Shown one piece after another: positions 12,274-26,900 of a stretch of DNA of 64,000 nucleotides. Numbering within the stretch: position 1 is the first letter of the stretch; each line of letters starts with the position of its first letter. A program made the translations under genes and the position numbers. The notes beneath the pieces are model-generated. The model was not told the origin of the DNA, searched no databases, and saw only the letters and a list, made by a program, of their open reading frames with translations. Origin of the DNA: Selaginella moellendorffii (taxonomy: Eukaryota > Plantae > Lycopodiophyta); the NCBI RefSeq assembly GCF_000143415.4, contig NW_003314293.1, forward strand, positions 434,001 to 498,000, read 5' to 3'.

Positions 12274-12699
12274 TGACAAAACCAAGGCATAGTAGCTATC
12301 AAATGGAGTCTCCATGGATGGCTCATGGCACAGATGGCATGGATATTATTGCATAGTGCCTAGTTTACATCCTACACAAATATGAGAGAGAATATAGAGA
12401 GGAGGGGAATTGCTTCTGAAACATCATCTTTTTGTTTTCTTTATATCTTTGAGGATATGGATTTTGTGTAGGTGTCATTAGATATCTATTCAAAAGAGGG
12501 AACTTTATGATGGGAATTTTTCTATAATCTATATGGAAATGTTGTTGGTGCTTAAGTACCATTATGTATCTTTATAGATTTAGGTTTTTTAAAACTCTAC
12601 AATCAAGGTTTGATGCTCGAGAGATATAAGTTTGATTGAGTTGTTAAGTATTTTAAGATTCCAAGCTGGATTAATTATAATAAAGCTTATCCAATAGTA

Positions 12700-15600
12700 T
12701 GAATAAATGTTACATCAGTTCTTGCAATTTGGGGAATATAAGTGAAGCATAGTAGATTAATCATGCATACAAGCATTTTCTTGACAGTCAAGATTACAAC
12801 CTTAACACTTAAAGTTATAATTTTGACAGTCAGGACTTAGGAAGAAGTGGTAGTTGCCACCATATAGGAGTAGTTAAGAGGGAGGGTTAGCACTCGATCT
12901 CTATCTCTATCTCTATTGTACTCCAGCCTATCACCAATACACATTCATTTGTTCAAGACTCTGAATATTCTAGTGATGTCAAGCCTATCCTTACTCATGA
13001 CCACTTGCATGAGTCTTTTTGGGGATCATGTGTTCATTAGCATATTCTAGGGCAAGAAACATAGTGCTAACTCAAGAACAATAACATCAAAAGCCCTCTA
13101 GATTTTTACAATTATAGCAACAAACCGTCATAATTAATTCTTCACTAAATTCTTTCTTGCACCAGCAACAAAATCCCAGTAGCCTGACTACACCAAAATT
13201 CTTCAAGTTTTCATTAGTGACCATAATGGGATAGAAGACATCACAAGAAGAGCTGAAATCCAAGTAGGAAACACCAAGAAACACACTATAGAGAAGAGAA
13301 AGAGATAAAAATGGTGAAATTGTGAATATCTTAATGAAATTCAATAAATAAGGACTACTTAATTCAATTAAAGATGGTAGAAAACCATTATGCAAGTCTC
13401 TACTAAAATCAATACAGTTACAATTGACATTCAAAAACATTTAAAATTGCAGGATTCAAGAAATTTTTTTTGAAGACTCAAAAAAGTTTTTCTTGACACT
13501 CAAGAATGTTTTCTTGAGAGTCAAGAAAATCAATGACAGCAAGTCCTTTTGGAGACCAAACATATACCAAATATGAAGATTGTCTTTTTTGTGGTTTCTA
13601 GAACAACACTAAGCTATACACTGAGTGCTACTTAAAGAGGAGATGTGTTTATTGCATAGATAAGAAAATTGTTTTAAGGATTAAAAATGAAAAGGAAACT
13701 ACCAAAGTAACAGAGAAAAAAAAAAACTAAGAAGGATGGAAGCATGCACAAGCAAAATTACATTTGGTTTGACCATTTTGCAACAGTTTAGGGATTGACA
13801 TGGGTAAATCAAAGTCATATTTTCCATCACATTTTTATTAATTTCTTAGGAAAACATAAACAAGAAAATTTTATATCAATTACTTTAGTTTTTGATAACT
13901 AGCTTTCTTGAGTACTAATAGCAACCAAAAACAAAACTATCGAACAACAAATCTTTCAACTCCTCACTAAACGAAAAAATCCCAACACTCAAGAAAACAC
14001 AGCGATTTTATTTCAACTATTGCAAAGACTAATTAGTAACACACTTCCACCAATGAGTTCACAACTATGCACATCGAAGCACAATAATATACATTAGGGA
14101 AACTAGAGACTATCAACTTTGCCATCAACCTACATTAATAAAAAATCTTGAGATTAGAAGATTTGCCACAAATGAACGACCCCAATTTTATCTTTTACCA
14201 CATTTGAGAGTTCTACCACACTTGAGAGCTCAACCACAACAAATAAAAATACGAATTCCAAGATAATTATCACATCAACAAGCCCAAGAACAACCTCAAA
14301 TTCAAGCTTATACACAAACTCAAAGAGCTCAACCTCAAGATTCAATTCGAAGCACTGAAATTCAAATCACAGTTACCCAAACCAACGTAGAAAATACCAA
14401 CTCTTGAATTCACACCTAAATTTAACATATTGACATCAACACAACAACAACAATTCGACTAATCATTGAAATTCCTATAACCAGACTACAAAACTAAAGC
14501 ACATTCATTATCGATATAATCCCAAGAAAAGTTCAAGAAATCATCGAAGCTTTACAACAACAAACCCAAAAAATACAAAACCACTAAGGATAACAATAGA
14601 TAATAGAATTCAAAGAAAAAGATGCAAAAATTAAAAAAATCACAATTATAACATTTACTACTTTTGAATGTAGGATATAAAAAGACTCTTAAGGGCACTT
14701 AAGAATCTGCCTCTCAAGATTTAAGAAAGAATCTTCAACAAAGTTACCTATCAACAAAGAAAAGAAAAACACACATCAATTTGCTTTGGAATCATTATTT
14801 ACTAAGAGAAGTTTGTAGGAAACCAAGATAAAACCAAACTTTACATATGAAGAATCAATCTTGAACTTTCATGGATCTTTAACGTTTACTTTCAAAAATA
14901 CATTTGACAAAAAGAACAAAAACAACACCATAATCAATACAAAATACAATGAATCTATGAAAAACTTCCAACCTTTTTATTATAACAAATCAAAGAAATT
15001 ATCAAACGACAATTCTTCAATGGATATGTTACACTCATTAGTATAGCCATACAAGAATTACAAAATGAAGAAATATGAAGAGGAACTTGGGCAAAAGAAT
15101 GCTAAATACACCCCTAAACACTACAACTATTACATAAAGAAATCTATTGAAATCTATATCTTGATATATAAATTGTGATCAAAGATAGAAGAATACAAAA
15201 ATCAAGAATCTAGAAACTTGTTTCAACAATAATTTTGAGAACAACAACATTTAGAATACAACCATTACTCAGCTCAGACTTTTCGAATATCACCATTGGC
15301 TAAAAAATATGAACGCTTATAGTGAGGACACACAAGACTTTATACAACATAATTAAAAGTAGGGCACAATTACTTTACAACAACTTAACACAACAAAGAT
15401 TACTAAAAGGAAGAGTAGTTATAGTATACACTCTTGTTCGATCCTAAAGTTGGTGAGTAGCAACCTTCTTGATGACTGATCAACTATACCCAGCTGAGTA
15501 TGACGTAGTAACACAAATACCAACATATAAGATTGTGTTAATTTATACCATATGATTTTATAACTATACAACATTTACTTGAGAAGAACACAATAAATCA

Positions 15601-18365
15601 AAGATAACAATAATAAATCCAACAAAAAAAATTCAAGAAAGAAAATTCAAGAAAATGACAACTCAAAAAAAGTCTAGTATAATATCAAATATAGAAGCAC
15701 AAATCCGACTTGCTCAAGATATAAAAGAGAGATCAATGACATAAAAGTCGAGAAAGTAGAAGACAACTCTAGCAACCTTCAATGCTACACAAACAACTGA
15801 AAACTCAAACTCAATAAGAAATTCTTAAGACAATATTCAACATATACGACAAAATAAACCAAGCAACACAAGTCAGCAAATCAAGCTGCACAACTACAAC
15901 AAAATTAAAAAACAACTCAGCAATAAAAGATTTACAACTAAACAAAAATATACCACCACTAAAGACACTAAAATACAAAGGCTACACCACTGACAATTAT
16001 CAATTATATTCACTATCACCAAAAGAACAACTTTTAAGCAATATCGAAGATATGGCACTCATTAACTCAATAACACCATATGACAACATAATCACCTATC
16101 TGATTTTCATTAGAAGTAAAACTGAAGATGCAAAAAGACATTTTTATCAATTCAATTTCTTCATCAAAATAAATTAGCAACAAGTGAATGAAGCACTTCT
16201 TTTTCTTTTTACACTCAAAGGCAAAACACTTGAATAGTATTATAACCTCAAAGAGAAACTTGACTACAAAAAAAAGATCAAAAGATTCAAAAACATATAT
16301 TAACTTGGCTACAAAAGAGCCAAACATCTAAAACATTTTAAGAGCATCAAACAAGGCAGTAAAGAAAACATTAAAAGCTACACTTGAAGATTCAAATATT
16401 ATGCAAAGTGTTGGAAAAATTCACTCACTGAACAAGGTAAATACATTTATATATATAGGGATTGAAGAAAATCTACTAACAAATAGTTGGTGTAGTAAGC
16501 ACTGAAGAAGATTTAGATGCTATGACCACTATAAATGACATCTCTGAGAAAGTAAAAAACCTTGAAAAACAACTCCAAAAATTTTCAAGAGCAGAAATAT
16601 TAAGGATTAACAACTCTTCTAACGACAAAAAAGAATACAAACTTAAAGTCAGGAAGAAAGACAATAATCAAGAATTCACCAAAATACTTAAAAAAGTTAC
16701 AATCAAGAACAAACTTAAAGAAGGAGTATGGTGTATGAAATGCAAGAACGAAGGACATACTGTCATAAAATGTACATTATTAATTCCTAAGTGTTAGATT
16801 TGCGAAAGAGAAGGACACACAACAAACATCTATTGATACCAAGGAACAATTGAAGTCACTTGAATCAAGAACACACTTTGAACTCCTACTTCAACTAGAA
16901 GATAGTATAGTCAACCTCGACAAAAATAACAATAGTGGCAACCGAACTACCAGAATCAAGATATGTATAATCCTAACCCGAGATACCATCGACAATACAA
17001 TGACGGCTACCAAAATGATTAGTATCAACAACCATAAACAAGCTTATCAACAACCTTATCAAGACAACTAATAATAGCTTGATAAAACAACTATTAGCAA
17101 TTATACAAAAACAATCAACAATGGAGACCACCTCCTCATCAACCAAACTATCGCTAGCAAAATCAATAATATGATCTACCACCTTGAGCATTCCCTTGCA
17201 ACAACTATCAATAACAGCCTCAAACTCAAGAATTTTGATATTAGTATCAGTAACAACAAAATCAAGGAAATCAACCTCCTCAACAAAATCAATAAAATGG
17301 AAGACCCCCTCCAATAGTAAGAAATATCAATATCGAACCAGTCCAAGATGAACAATGTGAAAATGAACCTGAGGTACGAGCTCTAATTCGAAGTAAAAAA
17401 GAATACCACAATCTTGAAGATGACCTTAATGAAGAAATTAAAGAACAACACCTCCAAAACGAAGTATAAGAAATCTCATGACACAAATGGCAACAAAGCA
17501 AAAAGCTACTCGACGCAATCCAATAAAACTTCAACAACAATAATATGAAATTGAAGACCATCAGGAAATCGCAACATAGGCTCTATCAAGAAAAGAGGAA
17601 CAACCAGTGCTCATCACCAACATTTTTCAATAAGGTATCACACTCACCCTCCAAGAGGTTTTATAAGTCACTCCCTACTTGAGAAAACAACTTCTCAAGA
17701 TATGTCAAGCATCACATTAGCAAATTCAGCTCAAATCAAGAAAAAGATCAACAACTCTTCATCCTACAAGACTGACATCCAACCTAGCAACTTTGCCGAA
17801 GATGTACCATGCATCCCAATCACGATAGGTGTAGCACACTCTATTTAACTCAACTGGAAAAGAGGTAATTGCTTAATAAGAGAGCCCTTAGTGACTATTT
17901 TATCCCTTAAGGTTTCAAGGATCCACGGTGACAATATATCCAAATCTCATCCCAAGATCACATGCGCTACAATAGGGAAGAACAAAGTTCTACAAGCAAT
18001 CATCGATGACAATGCAAATGTCAACATCATTGAGTACTCAACTTGCAAAGCAATGAGACTTGTGCCAATCCACCCTTCACCCTTTAACATCAAGATGGCT
18101 GATGATTAAAGTGTACAACCATAAGAAATGGTGCACAATATTCCTATCAAGATCAAAGATCAAGAATTTAAGGTAACTTTCATCATGCTCAAGATGGCGA
18201 AAGACTAAAGTTCCTATGAAGTACTCCTTGGACGAACTTGGTTCAAAATAGCCGATGTCATCACATATTGGTGAAAGAACACAATTACCTTTGAAGAGCA
18301 TCAAAAAGCCCCTCAAATCTCCACAACTATAACAAAGAAGATCGCAAAGAAATTTTGACCCACAA
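12700..18365 (+). mobile_element. Highly degenerate Ty3/gypsy retrotransposon, 5' part (LTR-like region, gag, protease)
   Basis: Zinc knuckle CMKCKNEGHTVIKC; protease-like QAIIDDNANVNII. 18000-18360 is homologous to the reverse complement of 56130-56480, and 12760-13213 to the reverse complement of 31882-32330. Boundaries approximate. Confidence 0.7.
17830..17971. mobile_element. Short solo LTR (TRIM-like, family G)
   Basis: TGTAGC...GCTACA with perfect TSD ATAGG; second copy at 53978-54139. Confidence 0.85.
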
Positions 18366-18369
18366 CCTC

Positions 18370-19364
18370 AATTAAAGAGAAGAGAGATATACTATCCCCT
18401 GGAAGGACATACCTTGAACGCTCCTTTTGAGCTGTTAGATATCACTGTAGATCTTGTTGAGCTTTGTGTCCAAGGGCTGGAAGACAATGGCATTGATCAT
18501 GGCCTGCACTCTGTTGCATAGAAAAACACTCATCTATTCATTGTGGAACTACTGTGCAAAGTGTGCTAGGATTGGCATCTACAATGTCGGTTGGAGGCAT
18601 TGGACTTCATCAACAAACTAGAGGAACGCCGAGCTGAGCAGCTTGTGTGGCAGCTCTAGCTCACATTGTCACTCTTGCTCTAGTTCACGTTGTCGCTCCT
18701 GCTCTAGCTCCCTGCATTGTTCCTGGTCTAAATGCTCCCTGCTGTGGTGCTCACAATGCTGCGTCATAGTGTTGTCGTCCACTAGTGCTTCTATGGGTGG
18801 GGATGTTGGCCCTTCTTTCTTGGCATGAACTGCTACACCATTGGTCAGGGTGGTTATAGAGTCAAGATTGATTTCTTGACTTTCTTTCTAACTCTTCTCC
18901 TCTGGTTCTTCTTTGGAGAGGATGCTTTCGACTTGGCTTGTGGTTGATTTCATCTTGTTCTTTGGAGGTGAGATTGTTGTCATTTTGGTCCTTTTTTCCA
19001 GTGGAATTATTGTCAGTGGCAAAAGCTCCTTGTCCTCTTCTTCTTCTTCCTCTTCGTCGTCTTTGTTAGACTTGTGGAGTGGATCCTCTCTTCTCTTCGA
19101 CGCGCATTCTCACTTTCTTCTTGCTTGTGGTGTTGTCAATGGTACTTTTACATTGAGTGGAAATGCTCTATCGAGGGCTGGTACAAGTGCAGCAATGTAG
19201 GAGAGTGCAAAAGTTTCACATTTCTGGCTGCTGTGGATCAGTTTCATAGCCAAGTGGATTTCTTTCATGAGTTTTTCATGGAGGTAGTTTGCAATGTCCA
19301 CTTTGATTTTGTGTTGTGGGTCATTGTAGAGGATTTCAATGGCTTTACTGGTAGAACTATTGGA
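18370..19364 (-). other. Degenerate coding-like segment, probably the post-integrase region of the minus-strand gypsy element
   Basis: Broken acidic/charged ORF with the same strand bias as 30290-30660; joined to it through the putative TSD TATTGGA. Confidence 0.35.
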
Positions 19365-22300
19365 CTCTCCATCTTCTGTTTTAACTGTGTACTCCTTTGC
19401 GAGCGCAGTGATGTACTTCGTGAAGAGAATCTCACACTCAAGTGTTTGAGCCAAGTTTATTTTACCTTGCTTCTGCTTGGAGACGGTACCAATAAATTTA
19501 ACTGCCTTACCTTTTCGTGCTGGCCTCCTGTGCATCTCTATAGGAATAGTCTTGGTTCTGTCACTCATATCTCCAACTCTCCTCTCAAGATTGAAACTAG
19601 ATTTCTCAAGGTTTTCAATCTCATCTGAGGTGAGCGCAACCCCATTAGCAACCGGCTATTCTTTAGGTACTGCATCAGGTTTAGTCACTATAGTGTCTTC
19701 AAGCCGCTTTGTATGGTTGACATCAGAGTTGCAGCAATATAACCAATACCATCTTGAAAATCCTGCTTGCTTTCGTTCCCCATGGAAACATGGGGCTGGA
19801 ACAGAAGCAGACTTATCACCACGGATCCAAGCCCAACATTTGCCCCTTGGAAGCATCCCCACACACCTTACATTTGATTTTGCTGGCACTCGACGGATTG
19901 CCCATTGCTTCGGCTCCACACTACGATAAGCAATTTCAACCTGCTGTGATGCACTTTCTTCATCAGCCACTTGAGGTGGTTCAGTTCTGGGGCGATGTCT
20001 TGGAGCAAAATGATACTCAACATCAGGCCTGTGAGAGCTTTTTGCTCCAAGATCTGTGCCAACATCTTCTCCAGCAAAGGAAAATCGACGCTTTGAGCGG
20101 ACGGTCTTCATATCACCAATAGAAGCCCGAGGAGTGTACTCCATAGATGTGCCGCGGACCACTTCCTCCACTGCAGTTGCCATTGTTCGTGCTGGTGGAG
20201 TCACTTTTTTCTTCATCCGATCGTGTAACATCTCAACTGAAGGTCCTATTCCCATGTATCTTCCTTCCTCAAATGCCAAGGCTTTTGAAGACTGCTCTAC
20301 AGCGTGTATCAAATCTGATAGACATGCTTCATATAGACTCATCTTCCCTTTCCCTGCCTCAGAGGAACGCCAGCTCCAATGTTTACTCTCTGAGAGATTC
20401 ACAGTTGGGGTGTATGCAAGATCCTCAAGTGGTTGATCCTTATAAAAAGATGATATTAAAAAGCAATAAAAAGAGAGGAAAAAAAGAAAAACCAACCTGA
20501 AAAGAGTGATGTCCCCATTGGAACATTCTAACTTCCCACCACCCCAACCACGACTCAAGTTGTGGTAGACAACTTACGTCAGTATGGCCATCTTCATGCC
20601 ACCACATTCGGATCTCGTTTGCTTTTGCCTCATGCTCTTCTTCAGAAGGTGCAGCTTGCCATTGTTTGCACAACTCCTTAAATGCTAATTGGAAATCTAG
20701 CTTGATAAGGTGGCAGTGTTGGTTTAGGCTCTGAGCCCAATGGAACTCACAAGTCCTCTCACGACCTTCTAGGGGTAGACCATTCCCAAAGACTGCCCGG
20801 ACACCATTCCAATTAGCCCCAGACCCATCTGCCATGAAACTGCGAAAGTTGGTAGGCTTACCAGTCTGCTTCAATACAATGTCGGAGAGGGACTTCCAAA
20901 ATATTTCTTGAGCCATCTGGTCTTGTACTTTAAACTCTGCCGTTGCAATTGTCAAGCTACAACGTAGCCTATGAAAAGTGCAATGTTTAAAACCATTTTA
21001 AGATAATGAGAAAAAAAACTACTTTGGATCATACACATGAGCTCCCATGGTTGTCCAACTTGCCACCCGCTCCATATGGTCAAAATGTACTCATGCATTA
21101 GCAAGGTCACTCGACCCAGACATATCCATTTGGGAAACAAGATCCACACTAGAGGCAGGGCCCATGGTAGACATTTTGAAAACGAAGGGGCGCTCTTGCT
21201 CACTAACGACTTGATCTGGAAATAAACTCCCATGGATAAACTCATAGGGACAAGTCCATTTTAGTTCAAGGATTGAGTCGATTTTTTATTGGAGTTTCCC
21301 CTCTCGAGATTCACACATCCAAGACTTTATCCTAAATAAAACAAAATGTAAGAGAGATATTATTGAAAAGTATGTAATAATATTTTCATACCTCCTGAGG
21401 CTAGTTGCAGGTTGCACATGTCGTAGTAACTCCCGCAAGCTAGCCTCATCCAGTTGAGTATTCTTGTAGTCCGGATCAAGTAAAGTATTTGCGATAAAAT
21501 CCTTGAGCACTGTCTTCTGAACATGCTTCGGAGTTGCAGATGAGTTTCTCACAGTCTCTACCTGCACTGCATCTTTGAAATGGTTGACTGAACTCCTTTG
21601 TATCCCTTCCTGCATTGGATGTGTGTGCGTGCCAATATGTACTACAGCTCTACCAACCTCTCCATCCCGTGGAAGAAAATAGTACATCTTGGCCCCGCAG
21701 ATGGCACGACACAATGGAGCATTCTTGCAAAACCGACACTTGAATCCAACACCAATGGTGTCACAGAGGGGAGGATTGGTTGCAGATCCTTCAAAAAATA
21801 TGGAGTTTTTACCACACTTTTGATTGCATGCTTTATTCACACAATCCAAATACCCACCACAATGAACCATGGACACTGTGCCTTCGAAATGCTGGAAATG
21901 TGTGGTCTTGATCTTGCACCAATTGTGGACATCCTGCTTCGTCTCCATCCCCTTTCGTTTTGAGCTGACAAGAGGTGGTAGTTCAAAGAAGATATTGCCA
22001 TTGTATGTAGATGGGAGCTCGCTAACAGGCCTATGCAGAAAGGAACGAACATTGATAGAGAGGCGGGAAAACTGGAAAGCGTTGCAAACAGCTTGGAATA
22101 TCAGTGAAGTTGGAGTTTGGAAATTTTTGGCTCGCACTGGACTAACATCTCCACTAGAACTAGAAGAGGAAGAAATGATGACGACCGACTCTTGCTTCAC
22201 ATTCACTTTAGTAGGATCACAGCCTCGCACTTTGATTGGAGATCCAAAAACTCGAATCTCTTTCAACTTGGAATGTTGCAAATCCCAATGTTGTCCACCT

Positions 22301-22485
22301 TCACCTACACCCGAAAGAAGAAACTCTGATTGTTCAACTACACCAATGTTGTTGCGAATCACAGCTTCCAATGAAATAGAACCGAGAGAAAGATCGAAAC
22401 GTCGGCAAAGAAAACTTTCTGAAATAAGACTCTGGGAGATAGAAAGCGGTGGGTGATCTTGGTAATGCAAAAGGAAGGCCTCCAT
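19365..22485 (-). pseudogene. MULE transposase with N-terminal GCM/WRKY-like zinc finger; SWIM end truncated
   Basis: HCGGYLDC...C..C...HIGTHTHP; VHFDH, FMADG, CEFHW and TVNLSESKH motifs. Introns 21332-21391, 20969-21022 and 20439-20496; a few stops. Confidence 0.85.
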
Positions 22486-23212
22486 TTTGTTGCCTTTAGG
22501 TTTTGGAACTCTAAACTTTTATAACGAAATGTCACCTCACATGTGCTATGCCATTATGTGAAAAGATAGGGCGATTTTATTCTAGGATCTAACATTGAAT
22601 AATGTTGTTATAATAAATTCTATATGAAGTATATAGGACTATGTTGTACAATATTAAAAGTCTATATACATTGAATTCAAAAACATACTCAAATATATTA
22701 TATGCACTAACTTTTGGTCGAACGGAAAGAAATATCACCTCAAGCATGTGCCATAATATGAAAGATAGGAATGATTTTATTCTAGGATCTACCATCAACC
22801 AATTGTTGCCAAATAAATTAAATATTGTACATATTTTCAGTACTTCATTAAAGCTAGAAATCATCACATTCTTCTAAACTCATTTAAATATATTCCATCT
22901 TTGTACTACCATCTATCACCTATAGTAAATTATCTATATACATTGCTTTGGAAATAACACCTTATGATTTAATAATCTTATATTTTCTAACAACTTCGTA
23001 CTGTGATCAATTCAACACATGCATCTGTGACATTATTTCACATTATGACATAGTCATATTAGAGCACACCTCCATTATTAAATTACAATTCAAAAGGACT
23101 TTGTCACGTGATCAAATCTAGGGCAGAATAGAAATTGTACAATGCTAGATTTATTATTATTTATTGTACAGTGAAGATTTACTGCATCCATGATGAACGG
23201 CTGTGATGAAAG

Positions 23213-23850
23213 TTAGGTTAGGGTTAGGGCAATCGCCGGCATTAGGGTTTTACAGAAAGTATCGCGGGAGATTGGGAGTGACTGCGGGAACAAAATGCCG
23301 CCAAGAGTAAGTTTTTTCTCCTCCTCCACTCCCTCTCCTCCACTCCCTCTCGTCCCCACCCAGCGCCCCCGCCCCAGCGCCGCCACGCCGTGCACACCAC
23401 GCCATGCTCAGCACCGCCACTACCCAGGGCTGCCGAGCGCCGCCCACTGCCATGCCACGCCAGCGCTGCCTGCCCAGCACCGCCACTGCCATGCCGCCGC
23501 TGCCTAGCACCACCACTACCATGCCGCCGCTGCCCAGCACCGCCACTACCATGCCGCCGCTGCCCAGCATCGCCCACGCCACGCCACGCCACGCCAGCGC
23601 TGCGCTGCCTAGGGCCACTACTGCCCAACACCGCCGCTGCCAAGTGCCCAGGCCGGGCATTTGGATGGGCACTCCGCCTGGGCTGGCCAAGTCCACACAG
23701 GCCGGCCAAGGCGCTTGGCCGGCAAAGGCGCCAAGTGCTTGTGGCAAATGCCCACGCTGGGCATTTGGCGCGAGCCAACTAAGTCCAAGCACCAAGGCCG
23801 GCTCACGGGTGGTTGGCCTTGGTGCGGGCCGGCCGAGGTGCTTGGGGGAG
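23213..23850. repeat. TTAGGG-like motifs, 30-bp GC-rich tandem array (ATGCCGCCGCTGCCCAGCACCGCCACTACC) and GC-rich short palindromes
   Basis: Directly visible in the divergent intergenic region of copy 2. Confidence 0.8.
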
Positions 23851-23925
23851 GCCTGCACTGAGCCCATGCCCTGTTCCCCTCTTCTTATGCATTTATAATT
23901 TATAATGAGTTTTTGTTATTTTCAG

Positions 23926-26900
23926 AAACGGAAGCAACTACAAAAGGAAAGGGATGTTGGATCAAAGAGAAGACATAAGGAAGATGAGATCCAGGACGAC
24001 AATCAAGTTGACCTTTAGATAGAGATTTCCACAGCGACAACTCTACCGTCTTCCCAACCACATAGCTCTAGTCCACATGCACCCCCACCACCGCCATCGA
24101 TGCCACCACCACCATTACCACCGCCACCACCATTACCGCCACCGCCACCTTTACCTTCATCACCACCATTACCACCACCACCGTCATCACCACCATTACC
24201 ACCACCACTGCCACCATCATCACCACCACCAGCGCAACCATTGTCATCACTACCATTGCTGCCACAACCACAAATGCCACTACTCTTAACATATTCACAA
24301 AATATGGCAGAAACGGAGCAGTGCCCAAGTGTGCCTGATGGTGGTGTTGGGCCCAAGTCAGGGGCTAGATCTGATAATGGTGCTACTGGAGGTGTAGCTG
24401 AAGCTGAAAGAGAAGTGGAGCTACCTGAACACATTGTCGACAAGCGCTTCCAAGAGACAGTTTTGAGAACTAAAGAGAAGGCCATTCACACGACTCTGGA
24501 GTCTCTCAAGTGGGAAGGCCCGGGGCACATGATCCGAGAAATCCCACTATGTCGATTCACTCAGACAAGCATCGTTCGGTCTGCTTCACCGCACTTCGTC
24601 AATATGGACATCTATAGTCTGTACAAACAGAATGGCCTTGGGACAAACATAGGTATGTTCCTTGTTTCGGTTTTCAAGCCAGGAACGACAAATACCCTCT
24701 CGGTGTCACCGGAAATCAAGAGGGATTGGGATGACATTTGGAAAATGAAGTCCCGCGAATTTGACAACAAGCTTATGCGCCATCTTGAGACTCAACAATT
24801 TGTGGGGAAAATGTTCTACATTATCGACGGGAATCATCGCTGGTGCGCGTGGATGAAGTGCATCCGAGAATGCTTCCGAGAAGATCCTGTCTATCACATC
24901 AATGTTCCGGTTGGACATGTACATGCGAGAGGATCTCTAGATTTGGCAAGGCTTGTGATAGCTTGCCACAAAATTAATGCGTAAGTACCTCTCCCTCTTC
25001 AATCACTTTTAACAATTTGTGTTTTGCAGACTGGGACAGTTTGCAGTGCAGAAACAAAGCCTAGTACATGATATCGAGCAGATCCGGTTTCTTGCCAATC
25101 TCGACGAGGATGCAGTCTGCAGCCACTATGGTGATGATTTAGCATCACTTATTCGACATCAACGAGGTCATTAGGATGCCAATAGATGGTACAAGAATCC
25201 AGTGGCTTTTATGACAGTTGTGTGGAGTAAGGTATGTTCTTTTAAGTATACTTCTTATCATAGAATGTTTGTGTTGTCTTCAGCCATTGGTGAAGGTTAA
25301 GCAAGATGCATATGCACAGTCGCATCGAGCTGAAAATGATCAAAAACTCTCAGAGCATTTAGCTGCAATTGACAAGAAAATCAACAGCACAAAGAAGACA
25401 AAGGTAAAGAAATTACTTAGTGTGGCTGACCCTCGACACCCAAAGGAGTGGTTCGATATTATAACAGAGATTGCTTGTCATGAAAGTAAGTATTGTTTGT
25501 ATTTACATGAAGGTTCTCACAAAAGTTATTTTTTAGTGGGCAAGACTCCAGATGAGATTATTTACAACATCTCAAAGTCAAAACTTACATATGAGGAACA
25601 TATACACATTCTAAATGACCTCAATAGCAGACTCAGGGAAGGAGAAAAAGGTTTGGACAGTATGATGGAGACTGTGATGAGGAGGACCGTCTACATTTCA
25701 CAAATTGTATATGAAGGGGAGATGTTTCTAGCGCCTTTCATAGGGGATGATCCTGAGCAACTTCCATTTAAGGACTTCGTCACCATTGAGCTTACAAAAC
25801 TCGGAGAGAACTGGCTACCAAAGAAGGCCACAAGCACGACTCCATTTGATAAACAACTTGGCCAACCTTACTTCATGCGTCGAGCAGCTTTTAGGTAACA
25901 TACAATTTCTCAACTATACTCAATTGTTTATATTCTATTATAAGTATCTCCAATATAGAGGCATTCCTCTCGAAACACCGGTATACACATGCCTCTTGAG
26001 GCATGGTGTGAGAGATGGAGGCATGTACCTGACAACAATGAAGTTTCCAGCAGCAATAAAGCGCGCTCGTCCTTGGGAATTGGAGATGCCAGATTATGAA
26101 CCAACCCACCATGAGGCTGCAAGAGGCAACAATGATGACAAAGATGATGGCCATGAGAATGTTGACCCGGTTGGTGCCAATGGTGAGCAGAGTGAAGATG
26201 GCGGTGAGAACGAGATTCTTCGATACGAAGTCGAGCAAGAGAACCAGAACGTCCAAGAAGTTCTACCTCGACGAAAGCGAGCAAATCCACATCTGGAGGA
26301 ATTAGTCAACAGTGATGATGATCGTCCAAGACGTCCCCGTAACCGAGGAACTTCTCGAGGTATATTTCTTTTAATTCTCTCCTTTTCTTAGTTCCTCAAA
26401 ATGATTGTAGCAAAAACTGTCGGGAGTAACTTCATTCCAGCTCGTCTTGATGCTCGAGAAGAGGACTTGGAGGAACTTACATCTACCACACGCCACATGA
26501 CGGTATGTAAATTTTTCTTAAGTTCACATCTTATCTTTGTCTTCTCCCCCTAGATTCGCCCTGTATCTCCAGTGGCATGCCGTGGTGAAGTTGGGATTTT
26601 TATTGGCTCCTATAGTTCATTGATGGCATCTTTTGAGGAGGATGCTGAGAATATGGCTATCCGGCAAAAATGGGAGCGCTTTTGTCAGAAGATCCATAGG
26701 CGACCGCTCAAGAGCACAAACTTCATGCTCTTTGACATGCCAGATGGTCTTCCAGACGCTAATGGTGATGTCCCAAGCTGGAACAACCTGACTAAAGACC
26801 ACTTGAAGGATGCATTTCTTTTGGCAGCAATTCTCCTTCACACAACCGGTCAAATTGCCTTCATTCTCCCGAATGACCCCCATTGGATGTCCTGCCTTAT

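Noticed and set aside
12265-12275. hAT (Ac/Ds-like CAGGGATG) terminus
   Set aside because: The transposase has MULE motifs, and GGG...CCC ends with a 9-bp flank fit better.
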